This document shows positions 1 to 8,939 of a stretch of 64,000 nt of DNA, piece by piece. The notes beneath the pieces were generated by a model that was not told the DNA's origin, ran no database searches, and saw nothing but the letters and a program-made list of their open reading frames with translations. Made by a program: the position numbers and the translations under genes. The stretch's first letter is position 1, and each line of letters begins with the position of its first letter. Where the stretch lies: assembly GCA_965243025.1 (NCBI GenBank), contig CBDETY010000003.1, forward strand, positions 3,456,001-3,520,000, given 5' to 3'. The DNA comes from Candidatus Latescibacterota bacterium (GTDB lineage: Bacteria > Latescibacterota > UBA2968 > UBA8231).

Positions 1-2
1 CC

Positions 3-98
3 GTCGAGGCGCTGCCTCAGGCACTGACTTTCGCGATCCAGAAAGGGTATCTGTCCCTCGATTTCTTGAGGCCCCCAAGCAGGTCAGACGGCGCCTGA
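3..98 (+). CDS. 3' end of a possible CDS entering from the left edge (VEALPQALTFAIQKGYLSLDFLRPPSRSDGA*)
   Basis: Open frame from position 3 to TGA at 96-98; too short to assign a family. Confidence 0.3.
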   Translation, partial: VEALPQALTFAIQKGYLSLDFLRPPSRSDGA

Positions 99-280
99 GC
101 GACGTCACCGGCCCCCATTTTGGGTTGCCCTGGGCCTTGGCTTGGGCCACTGGGCTAAGTCCGGCTATCTCGGCCGAGGAACCCTACCGCGCCTGCTACG
201 CGTACTGCAGGAGGGGACTGGATAGGAGAAGGTATAGGTGCGTCAGGTATTCCCGAAACAGTAAAGAAAGGCGAAATACC

Positions 281-544
281 ATGGAGAACTTCAGGAGTCA
301 ATTCGCAAGAGCTGGAGAGCGTGGGGAGGCCGAACAGTTCGCACGTGACCATCCCAATAGAACCCTGAGAATGCTTGCCGAGACCTCTGTGAGCTGTCGG
401 CGTCGTACGGGAGATTGGCGCGAGAGGTCTGTCGATTGGACCATGGAACGTTGCAGGCGTTACGAATTGAGGCTCGGGGAGAGCAGGATTAGGACCGCAG
501 TAAACGATGCCGCCATGGAAGACGATGGCCGTCCTGGAACTTGA
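281..544 (+). CDS. small hypothetical protein
   Basis: ATG at 281 preceded by AAAGG; 87 aa; no recognisable motif. Confidence 0.3.
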   Translation: MENFRSQFARAGERGEAEQFARDHPNRTLRMLAETSVSCRRRTGDWRERSVDWTMERCRRYELRLGESRIRTAVNDAAMEDDGRPGT

Positions 545-730
545 AGGGGGAGACGATCACTCCAGTGCGTAGCTCTTCGGAGTCCAAGAGTCTGGGCAAG
601 TCGATGCCCCAGTGGGAAGGCATTGCGCAGTAACAAAAACTAAATCCCTCTGGCCGTTACATGGTCCGCGGTCCTGCTGCGCCAAGAATCACTCTTCTTC
701 GGCTAGATCTCCAAATTCGAAAGGAAAATC

Positions 731-1555
731 ATGGATTCCTACTATGAGCCCGTCGATACCGAGATGACCCCAATGCGCCATGCCGTCAGAAACCGAGAAG
801 TAGAGCTCGGCGTAGGTGCTGCCAAAGGCTGCTTTCGTTGCAAGGCATTCCACACGAGATGTAATCCGAGCATTGTGGAAGAGAACGGCGAAACCAATCC
901 CGTTAGAGGAGGTTGGACCTATGTCGGCCAACGATACGGGAAGGCAATGATCGAGGGGAAGAGGGCCAAGATTCTGTTCGTTGCCATGGAGCGACCCTTT
1001 ACCCAGGACGGAACGAACGACTACGAGGACCGATACGAGGACTTCGAAGAAACGCAATACCAGTTCCGTACCGCCTGTTATAGTCGCACGAATCCCCACA
1101 TGGGGGGCACGGACGTCGAGTTGGAATGCCTCCTCGACCCTACTGCTCCAAAGCAAAGATGTTTGCAGTTCGCATTGACGAACTCGGTCCGGTGCCGTCT
1201 GCCCTCCACGGAGTCAAAATCCACGCAGACGATGATAGACAACTGCCGGGATCATACGAAGGCAATCATTGAAACCCTTACTCCAGACATCATCGTGACA
1301 CAGGGGATTGGTTTTCCGTCCGAGGGCATCGTCGAAATGTTCGAATCGAGGATCATCTTCGAGAGTGACAATGGAAGAAGAGGTAGGTCATATCGGTATG
1401 CCGAGGTCCGTCGCGGGCAGGGTATTCTCTTCCTTCTAACCGCCCACCCAGCCCGCAACCCAGGTTTTGGCTATAAGAACGGTTATCTTCCCGATTACCT
1501 GCGCGATGCGATCAATGAGATGAGGGACCTCTATGCAGCCGACGGCAGTGGATAA
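731..1555 (+). CDS. uracil-DNA glycosylase superfamily protein (family 4-like, probable Fe-S cluster)
   Basis: AAGGA RBS; CFRC, KILFVAMERP, TNSVRCRLP, NCRDH, TPDIIVTQG and TAHPA occur in the order typical of UDG family 4/5 motifs. Confidence 0.7.
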   Translation: MDSYYEPVDTEMTPMRHAVRNREVELGVGAAKGCFRCKAFHTRCNPSIVEENGETNPVRGGWTYVGQRYGKAMIEGKRAKILFVAMERPFTQDGTNDYEDRYEDFEETQYQFRTACYSRTNPHMGGTDVELECLLDPTAPKQRCLQFALTNSVRCRLPSTESKSTQTMIDNCRDHTKAIIETLTPDIIVTQGIGFPSEGIVEMFESRIIFESDNGRRGRSYRYAEVRRGQGILFLLTAHPARNPGFGYKNGYLPDYLRDAINEMRDLYAADGSG

Positions 1556-2058
1556 TCCGTGACCTGTTAGTTGCCCCTCGCCGCCGCGCCGCTTCATAAC
1601 GGCGGCAAGGAGCGAGAAGGTTCTTGGCCGCATAGCTGTCAGCCTCCTGGTTTGCTTGGGACAACCCCCTGTTCGGGGTCTGAGGATCGCCATAGCCGTC
1701 ATTCTCAGAGTGCTGGATGGGGGATAGTCCCTTGCGGAGTCCTTGAGGCTTAGGCTTTGTCACGAAACAGATGAGCGGCCAGTCCCACCAGTGGGTACCG
1801 GCGGCCAGCTACTGCCGCGCACGGTGGCGCGGCGCATCGCCTACCTGCGCGCTGCGGTGGTCCAGCCAATGCGGACTCTTCCTGTTCGTGAGTCATCGTC
1901 CGCCGGCGCCGCCAAGTGAGACCGGAAGCCCCGAACAAGCTCGTGGGAGACGTACTGCGAGCTCGGTCGAAGGACTGCCAAACGATCCTCAGGGGAGTTG
2001 CCGGACCCTTGCGGTGCGCTCAGCGCCTTGACCTCGAGTTCAAAAAGGTGCCTCATTA

Positions 2059-2157
2059 CCTATACTTCCTATACTTCCTATACTTCCTATACTTCCTATA
2101 CTTCCTATACTTCCTATACTTCCTATACTTCCTATACTTCCTATACTTCCTATACTT
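2059..2157. repeat. perfect tandem repeat (CCTATACTT) x11
   Basis: Counted directly; the ORF track shows the resulting LYF, YTS and SIG runs. Confidence 0.97.
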
Positions 2158-2167
2158 CGGAATCCCG

Positions 2168-2956
2168 CTACAGCTCTACTTCCCTCAGCTCTTCCGACCA
2201 GTCCCGCCACATGTCCCGCGGCGGCGGCAACCCCTGCATCTCCTCGATATCGGTGCGCCGGAAGTCGTAGAGCACGGCTTGCCGGATGCGGGCCGAATAA
2301 TTGTGGCCGGCCATGTGTCCGAGGCGGTGGTGCCAGAACAGGACGTCCCCTGCCGACCCGTGGCAGTCCACGGGAGACTGCCGGTTCAGGCGCTCGCGCA
2401 ACCGCTCGTACTCGCCGGTCTTGTCCGGCATGTACCCGGTAGTGAAGGTGTGGTAGAACTCGCGGTGGCTCCCGGGCCAGACGCAGAAGGCGCCGCCGTC
2501 GGGCTCGACGTCGTCGATGTACCCCACGACCCCGAGGTGAAAGGGATGCGCGTCGCAGTGGCAGGTGTTCCCAGGGCGCGGCCGGTCTCCGTACGGCAGG
2601 GTGCAGTAGATGCCGCGGATCCCGTGCGGTATTTGCACCCGGCCGGCGCCCAGCATCTGCTCGGCCACGCCGAAGATCACCCGGTCGGCCGCCAGCATGC
2701 GGACGATCCAGCCCTCGCCGCCGATGCGGCGGTACTGCCAGCGGTATTCGCGCTTCATGTTGGCACTGTCGTCCGACCGGTCGGCCTCGGGAAGCGGCCC
2801 CACCCAGGTGGCCGGATCCTCCCGGTTGAACGACGCCGGCGGGTCGTCCCACAGCCGCTCGCGCGCCCGCGCCATCAGCTCCGGGTCCATGACGCCGCGC
2901 AGGATCAGGTACCCCTCGCGCTTGAAGAAGCGCAGCTGTTCGGTGGTCAGTTTCAC
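2168..2956 (-). CDS. phytanoyl-CoA dioxygenase (PhyH) family Fe(II)/2OG dioxygenase with canonical HxD
   Basis: GTG start; LTTEQLRFFKREGYLILRGV, CHCDAH, DGGAFCVWPGSH, AGDVLFWHHRLGHM. Confidence 0.88.
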   Translation of the reverse strand: MKLTTEQLRFFKREGYLILRGVMDPELMARARERLWDDPPASFNREDPATWVGPLPEADRSDDSANMKREYRWQYRRIGGEGWIVRMLAADRVIFGVAEQMLGAGRVQIPHGIRGIYCTLPYGDRPRPGNTCHCDAHPFHLGVVGYIDDVEPDGGAFCVWPGSHREFYHTFTTGYMPDKTGEYERLRERLNRQSPVDCHGSAGDVLFWHHRLGHMAGHNYSARIRQAVLYDFRRTDIEEMQGLPPPRDMWRDWSEELREVEL

Positions 2957-3185
2957 TTTTCGCCGCTCTCGAATCCGCAGTCGTTCAAGGGATTCCTGGG
3001 GTCGCCTTTGCAAGGTCAAACTTCGAAAACGTGAAGTGATTTTGCCAAAGTTTACGATCCCATCAGGAGCGCGGTCGGGCGCTCCTTCACCATATTCTGT
3101 CCATGAGTGGCGAGCCTGTGGGGCGGTGCCGACCGAAATCTCCCTCAGGCTGTGTCCATATCAGAAGGCAAGGAGGAAAGGACAG

Positions 3186-4064
3186 ATGACCCCTGCCTGG
3201 AAAAAATGGCATCGTGCCCTCGGATTGCTCCTCTCCCTGTCAATCCCGGCAGGCGCCCACGTCGGGGAACGCGTTTTTCCTGTGTACGAGCTGACCGACG
3301 AGATGCTGGAGGAGATTCGGCTCGACGACGGGCTGGTAGATGAGTGGATGGACCTGTTCGGCGAGCCGAGCATGACCCTGCTGGATTTCAAGGAAGAAAA
3401 CGCGCAATCGGTACGCGATCCCTCCGACCTGGATTTCCGCATCTGGTTGGCCTGGCACGACGAGCCTGCCCGGTTCTACGTAGCCTTCGTGGCCAGCGAT
3501 GACGTGTACAAGAACACCTACGACTCCGAAATCCCTGGGGGAATGTTCTGGGATGACAGCATCGAGGTGGGAATCGACGGAGACCACAGTGGGGGTGTGG
3601 GCTTTGCCCATGGGAAAACCCAGTATTACGAGGCGATTGCCCGCACCGCCAACGACCCGAACATGATCAGCTCTGCCTTCTGGGCCGCCCTGCCTCCTTA
3701 CGGGGAAGCTGGGGGTGGCGCATTCGGAGAAATGCCGACCATCAGCGCAATCGAGTTGTACGTTACGCCGCTGGACCAATTTGAGGAGCGGGACAGTCCC
3801 GAGGGCAATGTGATCAGCGATCTTGCTGCAGGACGGATCATCGGCTTTTCCATCGGAGTAAATGACCATGATCCACCTGACGAAACCTGGAAGCACTGGT
3901 TACCCGAATTCATGCATTCCAATGATCCGGAACCGGACTTCGATATCTGGGAGGGAGTAGCGGATCGTTTCTTCGACGGCTTCCTGCTTTCTTCCCAACC
4001 GGGAAACTCCGCAGTCGAGTCGGTAACCTGGGGCCGCATCAAGGCCACCCTGGAGGTGGAGTAA
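3186..4064 (+). CDS. exported CBM9/DOMON-like sugar-binding protein with C-terminal TWGRIK motif
   Basis: GGAGG upstream; signal peptide ending AGA; DG-x2-DEW, WLAWHDE..FYVAF..DD, DSIEVGIDGDHSGG and GFSIGVNDHD; ends SAVESVTWGRIKATLEVE. Confidence 0.7.
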   Translation: MTPAWKKWHRALGLLLSLSIPAGAHVGERVFPVYELTDEMLEEIRLDDGLVDEWMDLFGEPSMTLLDFKEENAQSVRDPSDLDFRIWLAWHDEPARFYVAFVASDDVYKNTYDSEIPGGMFWDDSIEVGIDGDHSGGVGFAHGKTQYYEAIARTANDPNMISSAFWAALPPYGEAGGGAFGEMPTISAIELYVTPLDQFEERDSPEGNVISDLAAGRIIGFSIGVNDHDPPDETWKHWLPEFMHSNDPEPDFDIWEGVADRFFDGFLLSSQPGNSAVESVTWGRIKATLEVE

Positions 4065-4178
4065 CCGCGATACGGCCCCCCCCGGGCCCACCCCCCTCCC
4101 AATCATTCCCTGCCGCACCCGCCGTCGACGGACTGTTGACACATCCCGGGAGTGGGCGCCAATTTCGCCGGCTCCGAG

Positions 4179-4895
4179 ATGCAATCACGACCGACGACAG
4201 CACAGGCCCGCCGCGACCTGAAAGCCCTGGCCGACGACGGGATCGCCGCGCACTCGCAGCGCTTCTTCAAGACCGGCCCGGGTGAATACGCCGAGGGAGA
4301 CCGCTTCATCGGGGTCAGGGTGCCGGCGATACGCGGCATCGCCAGACAGTACCGCGCCCTCCCGCACGCCGGGGTGCTGACGCTGCTCCGCTCCAGGATC
4401 CACGAGGAGCGCCTGCTCGCCCTGGTCATTCTCTGCGATCAGTACAAGCGCGGGGACGGTGCCGAGCGCAAGAGGATCTACGACGCCTATCTCAGCCACA
4501 CCGCCTTCATCAACAACTGGGACCTGGTCGATGCCTCGGCCCACAAGATCGTCGGGCCCCACCTGGAAGACCGCAGCCGCCGGCCCCTCGACCGCCTGGC
4601 GCGCTCGAAGAGCCTCTGGGAACGGCGGATCGCCATTGTCGCCACCTTCCATTTCATCCAGCGTGGAGAGTTCGACGACACCCTGCGGATTGCCGACCGC
4701 CTCCTCGGAGACGGCGAGGATCTCATCCACAAGGCGGTCGGCTGGATGCTGCGGGAGGTGGGCAAGCGCGACCGGAAGCGGGAGGAGGAGTTCCTGCGGG
4801 ACCGCTACGGGCGCATGCCGCGCACCATGCTCCGCTACGCCATCGAGCGCTTCCCCGAGCGCCGGCGCAAGGCCTACCTGAAAGGAGCCGTCTAA
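4179..4895 (+). CDS. DNA alkylation repair protein (AlkD-like HEAT-repeat family)
   Basis: FFKTGPGEYAEGDRFIGVRVP, INNWDLVD, LWERRIAIV, DLIHKAVGWMLREVGK, MPRTMLRYAIE. Confidence 0.88.
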   Translation: MQSRPTTAQARRDLKALADDGIAAHSQRFFKTGPGEYAEGDRFIGVRVPAIRGIARQYRALPHAGVLTLLRSRIHEERLLALVILCDQYKRGDGAERKRIYDAYLSHTAFINNWDLVDASAHKIVGPHLEDRSRRPLDRLARSKSLWERRIAIVATFHFIQRGEFDDTLRIADRLLGDGEDLIHKAVGWMLREVGKRDRKREEEFLRDRYGRMPRTMLRYAIERFPERRRKAYLKGAV

Positions 4896-4898
4896 CCG

Positions 4899-5852
4899 AT
4901 GTCGGCAGCGACCTTCCGGCGTCCGTTTCCGCCGCTGACCCCGGCGCAGCGCTACCACCTCGAGGTGTTCGGGTACGTCGTCCTCGAGAACTCAATGAGC
5001 CGCGGCGAGGTCGAGCGCCTCAAGGAAGCCCTGCTCCGCCTGTTCGCCGACCTCGAAGCCCTCGAGGACCGCGGCCTGAACGGCCCCCGCGTGCGCGGGG
5101 CGTTCCTCGGGATCGACAAGCCCTGCCACAAGTTCGCGGTCAACATCCTGGAGTCCGACCCGGCGATCACGGCGTACGCCACCCACCCGTACATGGTCTC
5201 CCTCGCCGAGGAGCTGATCGGCGGCGAGGCGCGCATCGTCGAGATGAACGCCCACATCAACTCCCGCGACCCGGACAACACCTGGGAGGAGGGGCTGGCC
5301 GGCTTTCACCGGGGCACCGACGTCCCCTACGCCGGCCACTCCCACGGCGGGCTCTTCCACTGCAACTTCGTCAAGACGCTGACCAACCTCACCGACCTCG
5401 GACCGGACGACGGCGGCACCGCCGTCATCGCGGGCAGCCACAAGATCGACGCCCCGCCGAACGAGCTGATCGCCCTGGCCGAAGAGGACCGGTCGCTCGT
5501 GCACCAGGTGGTCGCCCCGGCCGGATCGACGCTGCTGTTCTGCGAAACCCTGGTGCACGCCACCGGGCCGATCCGCTCCGACCGCGAACGGATCATCATC
5601 ATCACCGGGTACGGGTCGACGATGTTCCCCTACTGGGATTACGGCGAGCTCAGCCCCGGGTTCCGCGAGCGCATCCCCGAGCAGCTGAAGGTCCTGTTCG
5701 AGGGGAAGCAGGTGTGGACGCGCGGGGCGCGCTACCGCGACCTGGCGACGCCGGCGGACGAACGGGATTTCGCCATGGGGGAATGGGACGACCGGCCCGC
5801 CGCGAGCGACGAGGACCTGCGGCGGTTCACCTCACCGGAAGGATACCGATGA
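4899..5852 (+). CDS. PhyH family Fe/2OG oxygenase, HxG variant
   Basis: YHLEVFGYVVLEN, FHRG, DDGGTAVIAGSHK, AGSTLLFCETLVHAT. Confidence 0.85.
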   Translation: MSAATFRRPFPPLTPAQRYHLEVFGYVVLENSMSRGEVERLKEALLRLFADLEALEDRGLNGPRVRGAFLGIDKPCHKFAVNILESDPAITAYATHPYMVSLAEELIGGEARIVEMNAHINSRDPDNTWEEGLAGFHRGTDVPYAGHSHGGLFHCNFVKTLTNLTDLGPDDGGTAVIAGSHKIDAPPNELIALAEEDRSLVHQVVAPAGSTLLFCETLVHATGPIRSDRERIIIITGYGSTMFPYWDYGELSPGFRERIPEQLKVLFEGKQVWTRGARYRDLATPADERDFAMGEWDDRPAASDEDLRRFTSPEGYR

Positions 5853-6832
5853 GCAAGCTTCAGGTACTGTTCATTCCGCACGAAATGCCGGACCTCGCCG
5901 ATTGGTCGGCCGACCTTCTCCAGGCGCTCGAGGGGCGCTTCGAGATTCGCCGCTTCGACCGGGAGGCCCCGCTGCCGCCGCAGTTCGCCGGCATCGAGGC
6001 GATGGTCGACCAGGGGTCGGGTCCGACCCGGGAGATGATCGACGCCGCGGCCGACGCGGGGGTCCGCTTCCTGCAGCTGCAGACCAACGGGCTCGACCAC
6101 GTCGACCTCGACTACCTGCGCGGCAAGGGGCTGATGACGGCCCACTGCCCGGGGCATCTCAGCGCCGTGGCCCTGGCCCAGAACGCCATGATGTTCATCC
6201 TGATGCTGGCCGGGCGCTACCGCGAGGCCCAGGTCAACTTCGCGCAGGGGCCGTTCTTCATGCCGCGCGGGAGGGAGCTGGTGGGAATGACCCTCGGCAT
6301 CGTCGGACTCGGGGCCAGCGGCACCGAGCTGGCGCGCCGGGCAAAGCCGTTCGGCATGCGCATCGAGGCGATCGACGTGCGCGAGATCGACGCGGAGATC
6401 CTCGACGAGATCCGCCCCGACTTCCTCGGGGGGCCCGAGGATCTCGACGGCATGGTGGGCCGCTGCGACTTCCTCTCCTGCCACCTGCACCTCACCGACG
6501 AGACCCGGCACATCATCGACGCGCGCCGCATCGGGCTGATGAAGCCGACCGCCTGCTACATCAACGTCTGCCGCGGCGGCCTGGCGGACGAGGAGGCGCT
6601 GTATGCCGCCCTGATGGAGGGGCGCATCGGCGGCGCCGGGCTCGACGCCTTCGCCCAGGAACCCCCGGACCCGACCCTGCCGGTGTTCCAGCTGCCCAAC
6701 GTCGTCGTCCTGCCGCACACCGCCGGCGGCACCGACGGCACCTCCCGCAAGCGGGCCGCCTTCGCCGCCGGGAACCTCGCCCGCTTCGCGCGCGGAGAGG
6801 AGCCGCAGGCCCTGGTGGTGGGCGGAGCGTAG
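5849..6832 (+). CDS. D-isomer-specific 2-hydroxyacid dehydrogenase
   Basis: ATGA overlap with upstream stop; GIVGLGASG, INVCRGG, GLDAFAQEP, LPHTAG. Confidence 0.9.
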   Translation: MSKLQVLFIPHEMPDLADWSADLLQALEGRFEIRRFDREAPLPPQFAGIEAMVDQGSGPTREMIDAAADAGVRFLQLQTNGLDHVDLDYLRGKGLMTAHCPGHLSAVALAQNAMMFILMLAGRYREAQVNFAQGPFFMPRGRELVGMTLGIVGLGASGTELARRAKPFGMRIEAIDVREIDAEILDEIRPDFLGGPEDLDGMVGRCDFLSCHLHLTDETRHIIDARRIGLMKPTACYINVCRGGLADEEALYAALMEGRIGGAGLDAFAQEPPDPTLPVFQLPNVVVLPHTAGGTDGTSRKRAAFAAGNLARFARGEEPQALVVGGA

Positions 6833-6841
6833 GGGGGCGCC

Positions 6842-7639
6842 ATGTACACGCGGCAGCGGCTGGCCGGCGACTTCGCCGCTCTCGGAGTTGAGGCGGGGGA
6901 CATCCTGTTCGTCCACTCCTCCTTCAAGAGCCTCGGCCCGGTAAAGGGGAACGCCCGCACCGTGGTGGCCGCGCTCGAGGACGCCGTCGGCCCGGAGGGG
7001 CTCGTGCTGATGCCGTCGTTCCACCTGGTCTGGCGCGACCCGTCCAATCCGCCGCCCCCGGAGGTCGCCGCCGACCCCGGGCTGGCCGAGCGCTACCGGC
7101 TGCGCCAGGGCCGCGCCGAGCTCTGGGACCACGCGACCACCCCGTCGACGGTCGGCTGGCTGACCGAGTTCTTCCGGCTCATGCCCGGCACCTTCCGCTC
7201 CGACCACTATTCGCACTCGGTCGCCGCCCGCGGCAAGGGGGCGGAGTCGTTCGTCGCCGGCCACCTCGAGAACGAGGGGCTCGTGTCGGGCTGGGACTAC
7301 CCGCCCTGGGGCCGCACCTACGGCACGCACTCGCCGTTCTACCGGGCTTACGAGCGCGGCGGCAAGCTGCTGATGCTCGGCACCACCTACGACACCACGA
7401 CCTACATCCACCTCGTAGAGGTCATGCGCTGGAACCGGATGCTCGAGGAGGACCCGGAGGCCGTTTACCCGAGCATCGACCGCGAAATCCTCGGGGCCTG
7501 GTGGGACCGCCAGGGCCGGCTGCGGCGGGGGCGCGCCGGAGACTCCTACTGCCGGCTGTTTCCCGTCAGGGACTTCATCGACACCCTGGTCGCCGAGGTC
7601 GACCGCGACCCGGATGCCTACGCTCATCGCCGCAATTAG
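6842..7639 (+). CDS. AAC(3) family (aminoglycoside N3-type) N-acetyltransferase
   Basis: LGVEAGDILFVHSSFKSLG, GLVLMPSF, RSDHYSHSVAARG, TTTYIHLVE. Confidence 0.85.
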   Translation: MYTRQRLAGDFAALGVEAGDILFVHSSFKSLGPVKGNARTVVAALEDAVGPEGLVLMPSFHLVWRDPSNPPPPEVAADPGLAERYRLRQGRAELWDHATTPSTVGWLTEFFRLMPGTFRSDHYSHSVAARGKGAESFVAGHLENEGLVSGWDYPPWGRTYGTHSPFYRAYERGGKLLMLGTTYDTTTYIHLVEVMRWNRMLEEDPEAVYPSIDREILGAWWDRQGRLRRGRAGDSYCRLFPVRDFIDTLVAEVDRDPDAYAHRRN

Positions 7640-7862
7640 GCGGTGCTGGTGGCTCGGTCCGTGCCGGGATGTCTGGTGCGGCGGAGGACGGCCGCATCGC
7701 CCCGGGACGCGACGGGGGCTCCGGCCACCGAATCCGCGCCGGCCGCGGGCGGGCACCCGGGATTGTCCCTGATTCACCTGCCCTTTCCACCCGCGCCCCT
7801 GCAGGTCCGAGCGCTTTCGGACCTGAGTTTCCAGGGCGCACAAAAGCACACATGGTCTTCCC

Positions 7863-8915
7863 GTGAAAATCCTGGTAACCGGCGCCACCGGCCGGGTCGG
7901 CGCCAACCTCGTCCTGGCGCTGCTCGACGCCGGCCACGACGTGCGCAGCTTCGTCTACCCCGGGGACGCCTCGCGTGCCCACAAGCTCGACGGCTTCGAC
8001 CGCGTCGAGACCGTCACCGGCGACCTGCGCAGCTTCGACGACGTGCGCGCCGCCCTGCGGGGAGTCGACGCCGTCTACCACATCGCCGCGGCGTTCGCCG
8101 CCCCCTTCAACCACCGCGAGTATCTCGACATCAACGCCAACGGCACCCTCAACCTGCTCGAGGCGATCCGCGAAGAGCTTCCCGGCCTGCACCGCTTCGC
8201 CTACGCCTGCACCGAGGCCGTGTACTGGGAGGCGCCCTACCGGGGCCGCTACTTCGAGGAGCCGATCACCGAGGAGATGACCGCCGAGTACTGCGACATG
8301 CCCTACTTCATGACCAAGCGGATCGGGGAGGAGCTGACGATCTGCTACCAGCGCCAGTACGGGGTGCCGGCCTGCGTCTTCCGCTTCGCCAGCATCATCG
8401 AGCCGAGCGAGTTCCTCGACGAAGGGGGCAGGCCCTACCGCTTCTTCCTCAGCGACCTGTACGAGCGCTTCCGTGAGGCGGAGGGGAAAACCGCCGAAGA
8501 GCGCGGGATGTACGACCACATCCGCTCCCTGTGGCAGGGGGAAGAGAAGCTCGTGGTGATGCTCAACCCCAACGGGGTGCCGCAGAAGCAGCCCTTCGCC
8601 GACGTCCGCGACATCGCCGGCGGCCTGCTGCTCGGGCTCGAGCGCGAGGAGGCGGTCGGCGAGATCTTCAACCTCGGGGGCGCGGTCGTGTTCGACTGGG
8701 GGAAGGCGATCCCCTTCCTGGCGGATCGCTACGGGATGGAATACGTCGAGGCGAAGGTGCCGACCCCCAACTACTTCGACCTCGACCTCGGCAAGATCAA
8801 CAGGCTCCTGGGTTTCGAGCCGAAGCACGACCTGCTGAGCCTGGTCGAGACGGCCGAGGCCCTGCACCGGGGCGAGGACGCCGGGGTGATCCCGACGGGG
8901 GTGCGCTACGGGTAG
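7863..8915 (+). CDS. NAD-dependent epimerase/dehydratase (extended SDR)
   Basis: ILVTGATGRVG; YFMTK (YxxxK); FADVRDIA. Confidence 0.9.
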   Translation: MKILVTGATGRVGANLVLALLDAGHDVRSFVYPGDASRAHKLDGFDRVETVTGDLRSFDDVRAALRGVDAVYHIAAAFAAPFNHREYLDINANGTLNLLEAIREELPGLHRFAYACTEAVYWEAPYRGRYFEEPITEEMTAEYCDMPYFMTKRIGEELTICYQRQYGVPACVFRFASIIEPSEFLDEGGRPYRFFLSDLYERFREAEGKTAEERGMYDHIRSLWQGEEKLVVMLNPNGVPQKQPFADVRDIAGGLLLGLEREEAVGEIFNLGGAVVFDWGKAIPFLADRYGMEYVEAKVPTPNYFDLDLGKINRLLGFEPKHDLLSLVETAEALHRGEDAGVIPTGVRYG

Positions 8916-8939
8916 AGGGGTAGCCGGGGAGACGGATTC

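Noticed and set aside
2059-2157. Resemblance of TTCCTATACTT to part of an FRT site, or a CRISPR array
   Set aside because: No inverted arms or 8-bp spacer; the units are contiguous 9-mers with no spacers
1916-3034. ORFs with LYF, YTS or SIG repeats
   Set aside because: Translations of the 9-bp tandem repeat plus antisense or shifted frames of the PhyH gene; no independent coding evidence
6842-7639. Acquired aminoglycoside resistance gene aac(3)
   Set aside because: Host-like codon usage, metabolic context and no mobile element; family membership only
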